DNA of 37,350 bases from Thermotogota bacterium (lineage in GTDB: Bacteria; Thermotogota; Thermotogae; Petrotogales; Kosmotogaceae): NCBI GenBank assembly GCA_034660555.1, contig JAYEJL010000158.1, forward strand, positions 1-37,350, written 5' to 3'. Position numbers and translations under genes: made by a program. Positions 9,012 to 18,201 of the stretch are shown here, piece after piece. Each line of letters starts with the position of its first letter. Position 1 is the stretch's first letter. The notes beneath the pieces were generated by a model, which did no database searches, was not told the origin of the DNA, and was given only the letters and a program-made list of their open reading frames with translations.

Positions 9012-9725
9012 ATGGGAGTTGAAAAAGAAGGGATACTGTGGCTCGTCGGTACACCTATAGGTAATCTTGATGATATAACATTAAGGGCATTGAATGTATT
9101 AAAGAAAAGTGATGTAATTCTCGCTGAAGACACTCGAAGGATAATGAAATTGCTCATCCATTTTGATATATTGAACAAGCATACCTTTAGCCTTAATGTT
9201 AACAATCAATCCAGACAGATCCCCGGTATTCTAAAATTACTCGATGAAGGCAAAACAATCTCTCTGGTCTCGGATGCCGGAATGCCTGTGATTTCTGATC
9301 CCGGGAATGAACTGGTTGAAGCATGTATAAATAATGCTTTTAAGGTGGATATTGCTCCAGGGCCAAGTTCCGTTTCAACTGCAATAGCACTTAGCGGTTT
9401 TCCAGGATCACATTATACATCTTTTGGTTTTATTCCAAGAGGGAAAAACCGTCGTAGACTGTTTAGGAAATTAGCTGAAGGCTTGTATAATGATTCATTA
9501 ATTGTGTTTTTCGATTCACCTTATAGACTTAAAGGCACACTAAAAGATTGGCTTGATATTGTAGATGATAGATTGTGTTTTGTCGCCCGAGAATTGACAA
9601 AAGTGCATCAGGAGATTTATAAAGGAAGGGTTAGTGAACTAATTTCGCATTTTGAAGATGATAAAATCCTTGGTGAGATAACAGTAGTGATGTCTGGCAT
9701 TAGTGAACCAAAGGAGGACAAATAA
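9012..9725 (+). CDS. rsmI: 16S rRNA C1402 2'-O-methyltransferase RsmI
   Basis: VGTPIGNLDDITLRA, AEDTR, LVSDAGMPVISDPG, PGPS, ARELTKVHQE, GEITVV. Confidence 0.96.
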   Translation: MGVEKEGILWLVGTPIGNLDDITLRALNVLKKSDVILAEDTRRIMKLLIHFDILNKHTFSLNVNNQSRQIPGILKLLDEGKTISLVSDAGMPVISDPGNELVEACINNAFKVDIAPGPSSVSTAIALSGFPGSHYTSFGFIPRGKNRRRLFRKLAEGLYNDSLIVFFDSPYRLKGTLKDWLDIVDDRLCFVARELTKVHQEIYKGRVSELISHFEDDKILGEITVVMSGISEPKEDK

Positions 9726-10375
9726 TGGATATAAGATTGTTATTAAGATCCTTTCTTGCTCTTACACCGGGAATTGCCATTGCAGTAATGATTCATGAGT
9801 TTGTCCATTATAGATGTTATATACATTTTACTGGTTTTAAAAAGAGAGAACTGCCTTCGCTTGGATTTGTAAAGAGATTTGATCCTTTGGGTCTTCTTAT
9901 GTATTATCTCTTCAATTTTGGATGGTCAAGACCATATCCGATTAACTACTGGAAACTGAAACGTAAAGGAACCTTTAAAGCACTTTTTACTGCTTTCTCT
10001 GGTCCTATTGCTAATTTTTTGATTGGTTTTACGGCAGCAGTGGTCTTGTTTTTTACAGATTTTAATGTGTTTTGTACGGTTACGAATGAAACACCTGTTG
10101 CGTTTCCTTTTATGAACTATGCTTCAGATGCTCTTTACTGGACAATGGTGGTAAACTTAAATGCATCATTGTTTAATTTGTTACCATTACCACCGCTGGA
10201 TGGTTCTTCTGTACTGATGATTTTGGTCCCCGAAGAACAGGTGCAATGGCTGGCAAAGTATCAACTTTATGGATTACTTGCTCTTGTAGTTCTTTCATTG
10301 CTTGGAATTATTCAGCTTATAATGTGGCCAATTACAAAGCTCACAAGCTTTCTTGCACTGCTATTTACTTCTTAG
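9725..10375 (+). CDS. Site-2 protease family (M50) intramembrane zinc metalloprotease
   Basis: HEFVH, FGWSRP, SGPIANF, FNLLPLPPLDGS; several TM segments. Confidence 0.9.
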   Translation: MDIRLLLRSFLALTPGIAIAVMIHEFVHYRCYIHFTGFKKRELPSLGFVKRFDPLGLLMYYLFNFGWSRPYPINYWKLKRKGTFKALFTAFSGPIANFLIGFTAAVVLFFTDFNVFCTVTNETPVAFPFMNYASDALYWTMVVNLNASLFNLLPLPPLDGSSVLMILVPEEQVQWLAKYQLYGLLALVVLSLLGIIQLIMWPITKLTSFLALLFTS

Positions 10376-10380
10376 TCTAT

Positions 10381-12813
10381 TCAGAGTTTAAATTTGTTCT
10401 TTTTGTGGTGACGCTTTTTCATGTATATTATTCCTATTCGCAAACCAATCCAGAAAAATGCAAAAGCTACTGCAGGATAGAGAAAATAAGGGGAAGTGTA
10501 CCAGGGCTTTATTTTTATGGGGATTTCAGTAATGTTTCCTGCGATATCCTCAAGATAAATCATCCCTCTATTCCCCTCAATGAAGGGAATGTTTATAGTG
10601 GATGAAGTTCCTGAAAGACTGTATTCTTTTCCCTGAAATATGATTTTTTTCAGTCCAAAATCATCTGAAAAAGTGAGTCTTTTTGAGAAAAATGGCGACG
10701 ATATCTCAATGATTTGTGGAGGTCTAACATCATTGATAAATCTCACCGTTTTTTTACTAACATTTCCAGCTAAGTCGATAGCTGTAATTTCCATTGTTTT
10801 CTCAGCGCCGGGTTCTATAGTTCCTAGATCGGCAGTATAAAGATTTGAATCATTTTTTGTTGCCAATTTGTTTTCCACATAAACATCTCTTATTTTTTGA
10901 TTATCTTTAACTCTGAAGCTTAGTTTAGATTTGTTGAGAATAATTGTTGAATCGTCTATGAGTATTTCAGGACTTTTGGTATCTTTAATAATATGTATTG
11001 TCTCTTTTCTAGTATTTCCAGTAATATCATATACAACAACATCGATCTTATTTGTTCCTTCATTTGGAAGTTCAACAGTAATTGGTCGTCCTGTGTATTC
11101 AAAATGTATCCCATTTGCCACTAAGTGAGAAATACCTGTATTATCTGTAGCATTCACCGATATTTTGGCAGTACCATTTGATGTGTATTTATCATAATTT
11201 ATAGATATTATGTTTGGAAGTACAAAATCGCCTGTAACATGGAATGTTTTTTCTGTTGTATTACCAGCCAGATCCTCTCCAATGATATTTATTTCATTGC
11301 TTCCGGGATAAATGTCTACTGGAAATGAAAAATCATATGATTCTCTTTGCTGAAGGCTTTGAATTTTTCCTTCAACATTTATCGTCAGAAGTCCCAGATT
11401 ATCTCTAATTGTACCCATGATTACAAGCTGATTTTTATTGGTGTAGTTCGGAATCTCGACAACCTCAACAGTTGGTTCTTCGCTATCAACAAAAATCCTT
11501 TTACTAACAGGGCCAAAACTTCTACCAAAGTGGTCTATATATTCCATCTCAATATTGTTGTACCCATTCTTTAAGTCTAAATTGATAGTTTTCGTAGTTT
11601 CATCCACGGTTATTTGTTTGTTGTTTATAATAATTTCGCTTAGTGGTACGCCGCCCTCATATTTCAAGTCAACAGAGATTCTTCTAGAACTTACCAGCGG
11701 TGGGACTTCAAATCTAATTTTTGGTCCTGGTAGCTTTGAAAAAACAGTGTTTCCAGAAATATAATCCGTTCCTTCTACTGAAAGGAGATATAGCCAAACA
11801 CCTTCAGCTAAAACATCTTTATCAAGTTCCGATGTTCCTGGAGAATAAGTAAATTCATATTCTTTTACTTCGCCTCTGGAAGAATATTTTCTTATTTCCA
11901 TAATGGTTCTTGTTGTTAATTCAACTGGAGTAATATCGAATGACAGCTCAACCTTTCCATCATTTATTGGATTGGTTTTTGTGTACCATTGAACCTTCCA
12001 GGGAGGCGGGGAAAGCGAATACTGTTCTTTTTGTAAATTTTCAAATCCAAATTCTACGATATTTTCTTTTCTATCTCCGAGAGCTTGAAATGTAAGTAAT
12101 GTTGAATCTTCTAAATATTCAAAAACATCTACTATGCTTTTAGATAGATCCTTTCTGTCAACTGTTATAGACATTCCAAATCCTATCTCTCTCAGTATAT
12201 TTAAAGGATATACCTTATTTTTCCAATTACCTATAAATACAGGTATAACACCGCTTTCGAGAATCAACCGGGATGTTTCTTTATCCGAAATTATACTATC
12301 GGTGTCATCACCGTTACCAATAACAATGAGCAATCTCAGATCACCGATATTTTTCAGATATGAAGTGACTGCGCATATTGAATCAAGGAGCTTTGTTCGT
12401 GATGGATCAGAATGATAGGTGGTTTCGCTACTGAGATTTGGTTTGACGAATTCTTGAGAAATCGCTGGCAGAACTAATGAGAACTCATTTGAGTAGTCCC
12501 ATAATGTGAACAGTGGTTCAACGAAGAATGCTTCAGATAAATCCTCAACCAGTTCTTCCAGAAATGATGTTGAGATATTATCCTGATAAAGTATACCTAT
12601 TGCTACCTGCTTTCTACTGATAGCAAGAGGTACAGATTCTATATTTCTTGGGACTCCATCTATCCGGACATAATTAACATCGGATTCTGTTGGTAGCAGA
12701 ATCGCGCTTATAGCTGGATATCTATCAAAACTAAAACCCAGAATATTGAGTTCTTCAGCGTAAAAACCAATTGAACACAGTAAAAATAATAAGATAACAA
12801 CCCATTTTCTCAA
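10381..12813 (-). CDS. Exported, C-terminally anchored protein with degenerate VWA-like domain and tandem Ig-like repeats
   Basis: Signal peptide MRKWVVILLFLLCSIGFYA. VWA-like RTKLLDSI...RLLIVIGNGDDTDS. Repeated DxxGN strands (EDLAGN, YDITGN, IDLAGN, EDIAGN). C-terminal TM followed by KKRHHKK. Confidence 0.75.
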   Translation of the reverse strand: MRKWVVILLFLLCSIGFYAEELNILGFSFDRYPAISAILLPTESDVNYVRIDGVPRNIESVPLAISRKQVAIGILYQDNISTSFLEELVEDLSEAFFVEPLFTLWDYSNEFSLVLPAISQEFVKPNLSSETTYHSDPSRTKLLDSICAVTSYLKNIGDLRLLIVIGNGDDTDSIISDKETSRLILESGVIPVFIGNWKNKVYPLNILREIGFGMSITVDRKDLSKSIVDVFEYLEDSTLLTFQALGDRKENIVEFGFENLQKEQYSLSPPPWKVQWYTKTNPINDGKVELSFDITPVELTTRTIMEIRKYSSRGEVKEYEFTYSPGTSELDKDVLAEGVWLYLLSVEGTDYISGNTVFSKLPGPKIRFEVPPLVSSRRISVDLKYEGGVPLSEIIINNKQITVDETTKTINLDLKNGYNNIEMEYIDHFGRSFGPVSKRIFVDSEEPTVEVVEIPNYTNKNQLVIMGTIRDNLGLLTINVEGKIQSLQQRESYDFSFPVDIYPGSNEINIIGEDLAGNTTEKTFHVTGDFVLPNIISINYDKYTSNGTAKISVNATDNTGISHLVANGIHFEYTGRPITVELPNEGTNKIDVVVYDITGNTRKETIHIIKDTKSPEILIDDSTIILNKSKLSFRVKDNQKIRDVYVENKLATKNDSNLYTADLGTIEPGAEKTMEITAIDLAGNVSKKTVRFINDVRPPQIIEISSPFFSKRLTFSDDFGLKKIIFQGKEYSLSGTSSTINIPFIEGNRGMIYLEDIAGNITEIPIKIKPWYTSPYFLYPAVAFAFFWIGLRIGIIYMKKRHHKKNKFKL

Positions 12814-13778
12814 TTATCAAGATACTCCTTAATGTAATTTGCGATTTCTTCGGTTACCTCCCTTAAATCTGAATTCTCATATCGATAACTAAATCCCGCT
12901 GCCTTGGGATGGCCGCCTCCTCCAAAATGCTCTGCTATTGTACTAACGTCAAAAAAACGCTTTGATCTCAAACTAAAATGAGCTTCTCCTGGTTCGCTTT
13001 CAGTAGCAAACATGGCTACCTCAACCTGGTCAAGTGAACGGAGCTCTCCTACAAAACCACCAAACTCGTTTTCTGACATACCATATTTGCTAAATGCATT
13101 GTGATCCAGGAATGAATATGCCAGCTGTCCTTCACAAACCATATTTTCAAGTGCTTCTCGAAATAGATGCAATTCTTCAAGCTTACGGCTTTCCATTATA
13201 ATTTGTGCGATTTCAGTTGGATCGGCTCCTTTTTTCGTAAGAGCAGCTGCTGTTTGGAATACTTTATGATCAACATTTGAGTATCTGAAAAAACCTGTAT
13301 CTGTTGCTATACCAAGGTAATTTAAGTTGGCCATTTTTTTATCGTAATTAATATCAAGTAGCTGAATCAACTCAAAAATCATTTGGGCTGTGCTTGAATA
13401 TTTGGTGTCAACCCATGAGATATCTCCGAAATATGTATTCGTTTTGTGGTGATCTATTACAGCAGTTCTAGTGTCATTTTTAAGATATTTTTGGAATCTT
13501 CCGATTCTGTCTGGAGATGATGCGTCTACTACAATCATGAGATCTACTTCAGGTAAAGCTCTATTGAATTTCGTTATTTTGTCAACATCATGCAACTTGT
13601 AGTACATTGATGGTATTTCCCAGTCTATTGCAGGTATTACTTGTTTTCCAATTTTCTCCAGTGCAAGTGTTAAAGTGAGTACAGAAGATATGCAATCACC
13701 ATCAGGCATTATATGACCACAGATTAGTATATTCTCATAATCGTGTATTTCAGATACGAGTGCATTAATTGGTCTCAT
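12810..13778 (-). CDS. nrnA: DHH/DHHA1 bifunctional oligoribonuclease / pAp phosphatase
   Basis: GHIMPDGDCISS, VVDAS, IDHH, GIATDTG, SLRS, GGGGHPKAAG. Confidence 0.9.
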   Translation of the reverse strand: MRPINALVSEIHDYENILICGHIMPDGDCISSVLTLTLALEKIGKQVIPAIDWEIPSMYYKLHDVDKITKFNRALPEVDLMIVVDASSPDRIGRFQKYLKNDTRTAVIDHHKTNTYFGDISWVDTKYSSTAQMIFELIQLLDINYDKKMANLNYLGIATDTGFFRYSNVDHKVFQTAAALTKKGADPTEIAQIIMESRKLEELHLFREALENMVCEGQLAYSFLDHNAFSKYGMSENEFGGFVGELRSLDQVEVAMFATESEPGEAHFSLRSKRFFDVSTIAEHFGGGGHPKAAGFSYRYENSDLREVTEEIANYIKEYLDN

Positions 13779-14590
13779 TCGACATCTTCCTCTTCGATTG
13801 AGATCTTTACAACGCTTTCGAACTTTTTGCTTGCCTTTTTAGCAGCTTTTACAACATCAGAATGTTCTAATTTTTCCTTAAGAATGCCCGAAGCCATATT
13901 AGTTATACACGAAAAAGCAATGACCTTTAGGTTAAGATAATTCGCTACTATGATCTCAGGAACTGTAGACATCCCGATCATATCAGCACCAAGTTTTCTA
14001 TACATATTAATTTCGCCTGGTGTTTCATAAGTAGGACCTGTTACCCATATATATGTTCCTCTTTTTAATTCTATGTTTTGTTTTATTGCCTTATTTGCTA
14101 TCCGATTAAGCCAGCTTTTACTGGTTGGCGATGACATATCGGGGAAACGGGGTCCATATTTTTCATTATTAGGTCCTATTAACGGATTTTTAAAGGAAAA
14201 ATTGATCATATCTTCTATTGCGACAAGATCACCAGGAACGAAGGACTTGTTGATGGCTCCTGCTGCATTAGTTATGATAACTGATTTTACTCCTAATTCT
14301 TTGAAAACATATAGAGGAACAACCAGCTGGCTTATATCATGTCCTTCATAGTAATGAAATCTTCCGTCCATTGCGATAACGTATCTTCCCATAAAATTAC
14401 CTGCAACAAGCCTTCCCTTATGCCCCTTAACAGTACTGGTGGGGAAATCTTCTATGCTCTTATAGGGAATTGAGGTTGAATCCTTAAACTTGCTTGTAAG
14501 GTATCCAAGTCCTGAGCCAAGTATTAGAGCAAATTTGGGCGCTTCATGTAATTCGCTTTTTATTTTTTCCGCGATCTGTGAGTACGACAT
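13775..14590 (-). CDS. punA: Purine nucleoside phosphorylase (trimeric PunA/XapA type)
   Basis: ILGSGLG, STVKGHKG, GRFHYYEG, TNAAG, GPRFPDMS, GPTYET, GMSTVPE, ITNMA. SD AGGAGGT. Confidence 0.95.
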   Translation of the reverse strand: MSYSQIAEKIKSELHEAPKFALILGSGLGYLTSKFKDSTSIPYKSIEDFPTSTVKGHKGRLVAGNFMGRYVIAMDGRFHYYEGHDISQLVVPLYVFKELGVKSVIITNAAGAINKSFVPGDLVAIEDMINFSFKNPLIGPNNEKYGPRFPDMSSPTSKSWLNRIANKAIKQNIELKRGTYIWVTGPTYETPGEINMYRKLGADMIGMSTVPEIIVANYLNLKVIAFSCITNMASGILKEKLEHSDVVKAAKKASKKFESVVKISIEEEDVE

Positions 14591-14662
14591 TTGATAACCT
14601 CCTGTAAAGTTTGGTATTCAAGTTGATTATATAACAACATGTGGTAGAATACTCAGAGTACA

Positions 14663-14691
14663 TTGACTTAAGCCATCAGTATCAATATAAT
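14663..14691 (+). promoter_or_regulatory. Near-consensus sigma70 promoter for acpP
   Basis: TTGACT (14663-14668), 17 nt, TATAAT (14686-14691). Confidence 0.8.
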
Positions 14692-14735
14692 TAATGATAC
14701 AAAATATAACTATCAAGCACGAAGGAGGAAGAAAA

Positions 14736-14990
14736 ATGAGTACAGAAGAAATTTTAGAAAAGGTGGTTGAGATAGTTACTGAAAAATTGGGTGTAGATGC
14801 CGAAGAAGTAACACTGGATTCTGATCTCATTGAAGATCTTGGAGCTGACTCTCTGGATTTGGTAGATCTTGTAATGGCATTTGAAGACGAATTTGGTGTA
14901 AAGGTTGAAGATGAAGATGTAGAAAATATTGCCACAATTGGTGACATTGTTGATTACATTAGTAAAGAGCTTGGTGTTGAAGAGGATTGA
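14736..14990 (+). CDS. acpP: Acyl carrier protein
   Basis: DLGADSLDLVDLVMAFEDEFG phosphopantetheine motif; very acidic. SD AAGGAGG precedes ATG 14736. Confidence 0.97.
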   Translation: MSTEEILEKVVEIVTEKLGVDAEEVTLDSDLIEDLGADSLDLVDLVMAFEDEFGVKVEDEDVENIATIGDIVDYISKELGVEED

Positions 14991-15021
14991 TTGAGAAGAA
15001 AGATATTTTAAATTAGTTAAT

Positions 15022-15921
15022 ATGTCTATTAGAAGAAAATATACAGTTAGTGAGAATAATTATTATGAGCGGCTGGACAGATTTTTGCGAAATGTATTAA
15101 AGGATTTAAAACTTGGCTCAATATATAAGTTAATACGCACAGGTAACATTACAATCAATGGAAAAGAAGCAAGGAAGCCTTTTTTAAAATTGTCTGTTGG
15201 AGATTCAGTAGAAATTAATTATTCAGGTAATGAGGAGCCTTTAAAAAGGCTTGAAGAGAAAAGAGAACCTCAACCACTCAATTTACCGTTGAAGTTTATT
15301 TACGAAGATGATTATCTGATAGCAGTGGATAAACCCCCTGGAATATCCATGCATCCTGGAAAGGGGATACAGATAGTAACAATTATAGAAGGACTACTTG
15401 CATACGGTGAAAATAAGGGGTTCAAACCAAGATTGGTTCATCGTCTTGACAAACATACTTCAGGTGTGCTGGTGGTGGCAAAAACGCCTGAAGCTGCCAG
15501 AAGAATCACTGAAATGTTCAAAAACAGAGACATTGACAAATATTATGTAACATTGATAAAAGGAAATCTTGAAAGAAATACAGATAAACTGATTGATTTT
15601 GAGGGAAATGAAAAAATGGAACTTACTTCCTCAGTTAAAAATGTATATAACGTTTGTTCCTTAGTAGATGTAAAGTTATTGACTGGGAAAAAACACCAAA
15701 TAAGAATACAGTTCAGCAAAAGAGATCATCCAGTACTGGGAGATGAAGTTTATGGTGATAAAGAACTAAACGCTCATTTCAGAAAAGCACATAATCTAAA
15801 GCGTTATTTTTTGCATTGCTCAAGAATTGAATTTGAACATCCATTTAGTGGCCATCAGGTTAAATTCAGTTCAAAATTACCTGATGATTTAACCAAAGTC
15901 AAAAAAAGCCTTGAACAATAA
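15022..15921 (+). CDS. RluA-family pseudouridine synthase with S4 domain (RluC/RluD-like)
   Basis: ERLDRFL S4 domain, VDKPPG, VHRLDKHTSG, TGKKHQIR, HPVLGDEVYG, FLH. Confidence 0.93.
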   Translation: MSIRRKYTVSENNYYERLDRFLRNVLKDLKLGSIYKLIRTGNITINGKEARKPFLKLSVGDSVEINYSGNEEPLKRLEEKREPQPLNLPLKFIYEDDYLIAVDKPPGISMHPGKGIQIVTIIEGLLAYGENKGFKPRLVHRLDKHTSGVLVVAKTPEAARRITEMFKNRDIDKYYVTLIKGNLERNTDKLIDFEGNEKMELTSSVKNVYNVCSLVDVKLLTGKKHQIRIQFSKRDHPVLGDEVYGDKELNAHFRKAHNLKRYFLHCSRIEFEHPFSGHQVKFSSKLPDDLTKVKKSLEQ

Positions 15922-16676
15922 TGAGAAATGTTTTTGCTGTCTTTTTTATATTTTTTCTATTTATTGGACCAGCTTTTGCTGGCATAAAAGAAGACATTGA
16001 ATCAGCGTATAAAAGATTATTTGAAATGTTTGAGGTTAAACCTGACTACACACTAGTAATTCTAGACACAGTAAATGATCATCCCCGAGCAGTTAAATAT
16101 AACTCCCGTTACAGAGTTTTAATTCCATCCTCAGGATATTATTCAGATCAAGCAAGACATGAAATGGCTCACATTTTCCTAATGGAATATGCGAAGGAAT
16201 ATGATATAGATGCCGAAGAGTTACCGATCTGGTATCATGAACTTGTAGCTTCCTGGTTTACTGTTTTAGACAAATGGAAACTTAACCTGTTACCTCTCAA
16301 TGCGATTTTCGATGATTTTACCGAGTACACTGATCATTATCCTGATGAAAAGGAGAACTTCTATCGCGCTGTTGAAAGTTTTGCCATATATTTATCAAGA
16401 AGATATGATTTTGAAGCCTTTGTCAAGTTTACTCTTAAAGAATTCAGACAAGAATTAGATATTGTATTTGCAATGAATGCCTTTTTTGATGAAAGTTTTG
16501 AGAATGAACGTTCAAAATGGAAATTGATACAATTAATACCATACAGTATATACCTTCTTTTTGTTGCACTCATGATATATTTGTTATTAGGAAGGAGAGA
16601 TCGAAAGTGGCAGGGGTTAGAATTCGATCCACGAACACCAGAAGAAGTTCAAGAAGAGAAAACAGGACGGGGATAA
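15921..16676 (+). CDS. Putative exported zincin-like metallopeptidase (peptidase MA-like) with C-terminal TM
   Basis: Signal peptide, HEMAH, downstream LPIWYHELVA (resembles PxWxxEGxA third-ligand motif), C-terminal TM. Confidence 0.65.
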   Translation: MRNVFAVFFIFFLFIGPAFAGIKEDIESAYKRLFEMFEVKPDYTLVILDTVNDHPRAVKYNSRYRVLIPSSGYYSDQARHEMAHIFLMEYAKEYDIDAEELPIWYHELVASWFTVLDKWKLNLLPLNAIFDDFTEYTDHYPDEKENFYRAVESFAIYLSRRYDFEAFVKFTLKEFRQELDIVFAMNAFFDESFENERSKWKLIQLIPYSIYLLFVALMIYLLLGRRDRKWQGLEFDPRTPEEVQEEKTGRG

Positions 16677-18178
16677 GAAGTCCGAGGATGTTTCTTTTCA
16701 TTCTTTTCCTTGTTTTTGGATTTTTCTTGCTTATATCATACTTACCAGACAGAATGAAAGCTGATTCATATACGAATGATGCAGCGATAATTCTGGAAAA
16801 ACCAGTAAACGGAATAGATGAATATGAATTAATAAAAAGCGATGTCGAGGATGTTGGTGAAAGGCTTAATGCTGCAAGAGAAGAAGGTGTACTACAGGTG
16901 AACCTTTCAGAAAACTTGCGAAAAGATAGACTTGAAGAACTTTTCAGGCAAAATAGGCAAATAATTCTTACAGGTGTATCTACTCTTACACCAGCTGAAA
17001 TAGCAGAGATGCTTGATTATTACCAAATTTGCACAGGTTACTATGAGTTTGACGAAACAGAATTTTTTATTAGACAAATCATGGAAGAAAGAAAACATCC
17101 TTCTCTTGTTTTTAGAGTTCACAAGATCAAATCAAAAGAATATCCCAATTATGATCTAGAAAGTGCAGTATTAAGATATATAAGAGCGGTTCAAGAAAGA
17201 AGTGTTGATACTCTGGTTTTCGTTTATGGACAGGGTGAACGTTTAGAATATGAGAATCTTGTGAAAAGTGTGTCCAATCAGCTTAAGGAAAAAGGATTGT
17301 TTTCAGATAGGATTAAATCAGTCAGTTACAGCAAACCTTCTTCAACCAATTTAGCCATAATAACAGGATTTCTAGGCATTGCTTCCTTCAACTTATTCCT
17401 TGCCTTTGGATATTTAGTAATTCTGGCGATTTCAGGTTGGCTTTCCCTAACATATCTTGTTGTAATAGGAGAAGTTGCTTTGTTTTTCACATTAATGCGT
17501 ATCTCGCGCAGAAAAGGTAAAGGGAAGGAACTGCTAATGTTATTTCTTTTCTTTATTTCAGCGGTTATACTTGGAATTGCTGTAAATACGCAGATGGTTT
17601 CACCTGCTTATCAGAATGGAATAGAATTGTTCAGGGGAGTTAAACTTTCATTATTTATTCTTCCTGTAATTATCTTTGGACTGGGATTAGTGCGAAAAAG
17701 AAGTAAAGATTTTACATTATTCGATATAGTCATGGTCGTAATTTTTGTCATTGGAATTATTTATTATATTTTGAGAAGTGGCAATTTTTCACTTGTGCTA
17801 AATTTTGAAAGGCAGTTAAGAGATATGCTTGATTCGTTATTACTTGTTCGGCCAAGATTTAAAGAATTGATCGGATATCCGTTCCTGCTTGTAGCAATAG
17901 TTCAAGGTTTTAGGAATTATGGGAAACTTGGTGCCCTTATCCCTGCTTTGGGAAGTATAGCCTTCGTATCGGTTATCAATACATTTTGTCACGCAACACC
18001 ACCACTATGGACGCAGTTATTGAGAAGCATATATGGAATAATATTCGGTACAATAATCGCGTTGCTTACACTGGTAATAATCAGGATAAGTAAGAGTTAC
18101 ACCTTTACTAAAGAAACCGGGTCAAAAGAAAATATTACATCTAAATCAAACATTGAAGAAGATAATAAGTCTAAATAG
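16607..18178 (+). CDS. DUF5693-like polytopic membrane protein
   Basis: RYIRAVQERS, FRGVKLS, YILRSGN, VRPRFKELIGYP, INTFCH motifs; many C-terminal TMs. Start uncertain: GTG 16607 (SD AAGGAG) or ATG 16688. Confidence 0.75.
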   Translation: MAGVRIRSTNTRRSSRRENRTGIRSPRMFLFILFLVFGFFLLISYLPDRMKADSYTNDAAIILEKPVNGIDEYELIKSDVEDVGERLNAAREEGVLQVNLSENLRKDRLEELFRQNRQIILTGVSTLTPAEIAEMLDYYQICTGYYEFDETEFFIRQIMEERKHPSLVFRVHKIKSKEYPNYDLESAVLRYIRAVQERSVDTLVFVYGQGERLEYENLVKSVSNQLKEKGLFSDRIKSVSYSKPSSTNLAIITGFLGIASFNLFLAFGYLVILAISGWLSLTYLVVIGEVALFFTLMRISRRKGKGKELLMLFLFFISAVILGIAVNTQMVSPAYQNGIELFRGVKLSLFILPVIIFGLGLVRKRSKDFTLFDIVMVVIFVIGIIYYILRSGNFSLVLNFERQLRDMLDSLLLVRPRFKELIGYPFLLVAIVQGFRNYGKLGALIPALGSIAFVSVINTFCHATPPLWTQLLRSIYGIIFGTIIALLTLVIIRISKSYTFTKETGSKENITSKSNIEEDNKSK

Positions 18179-18201
18179 AGTAACAGGAGGAGGGATGGAT
18201 A

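Noticed and set aside
10246..12415. Several short plus-strand ORFs opposite the 810-aa gene, and similar short antisense ORFs elsewhere in the track
   Set aside because: They overlap longer, well-supported genes and have no recognisable motifs.
14627..14947. 106-aa Ser-rich minus-strand ORF
   Set aside because: It is the antisense shadow of the acidic acpP codons.
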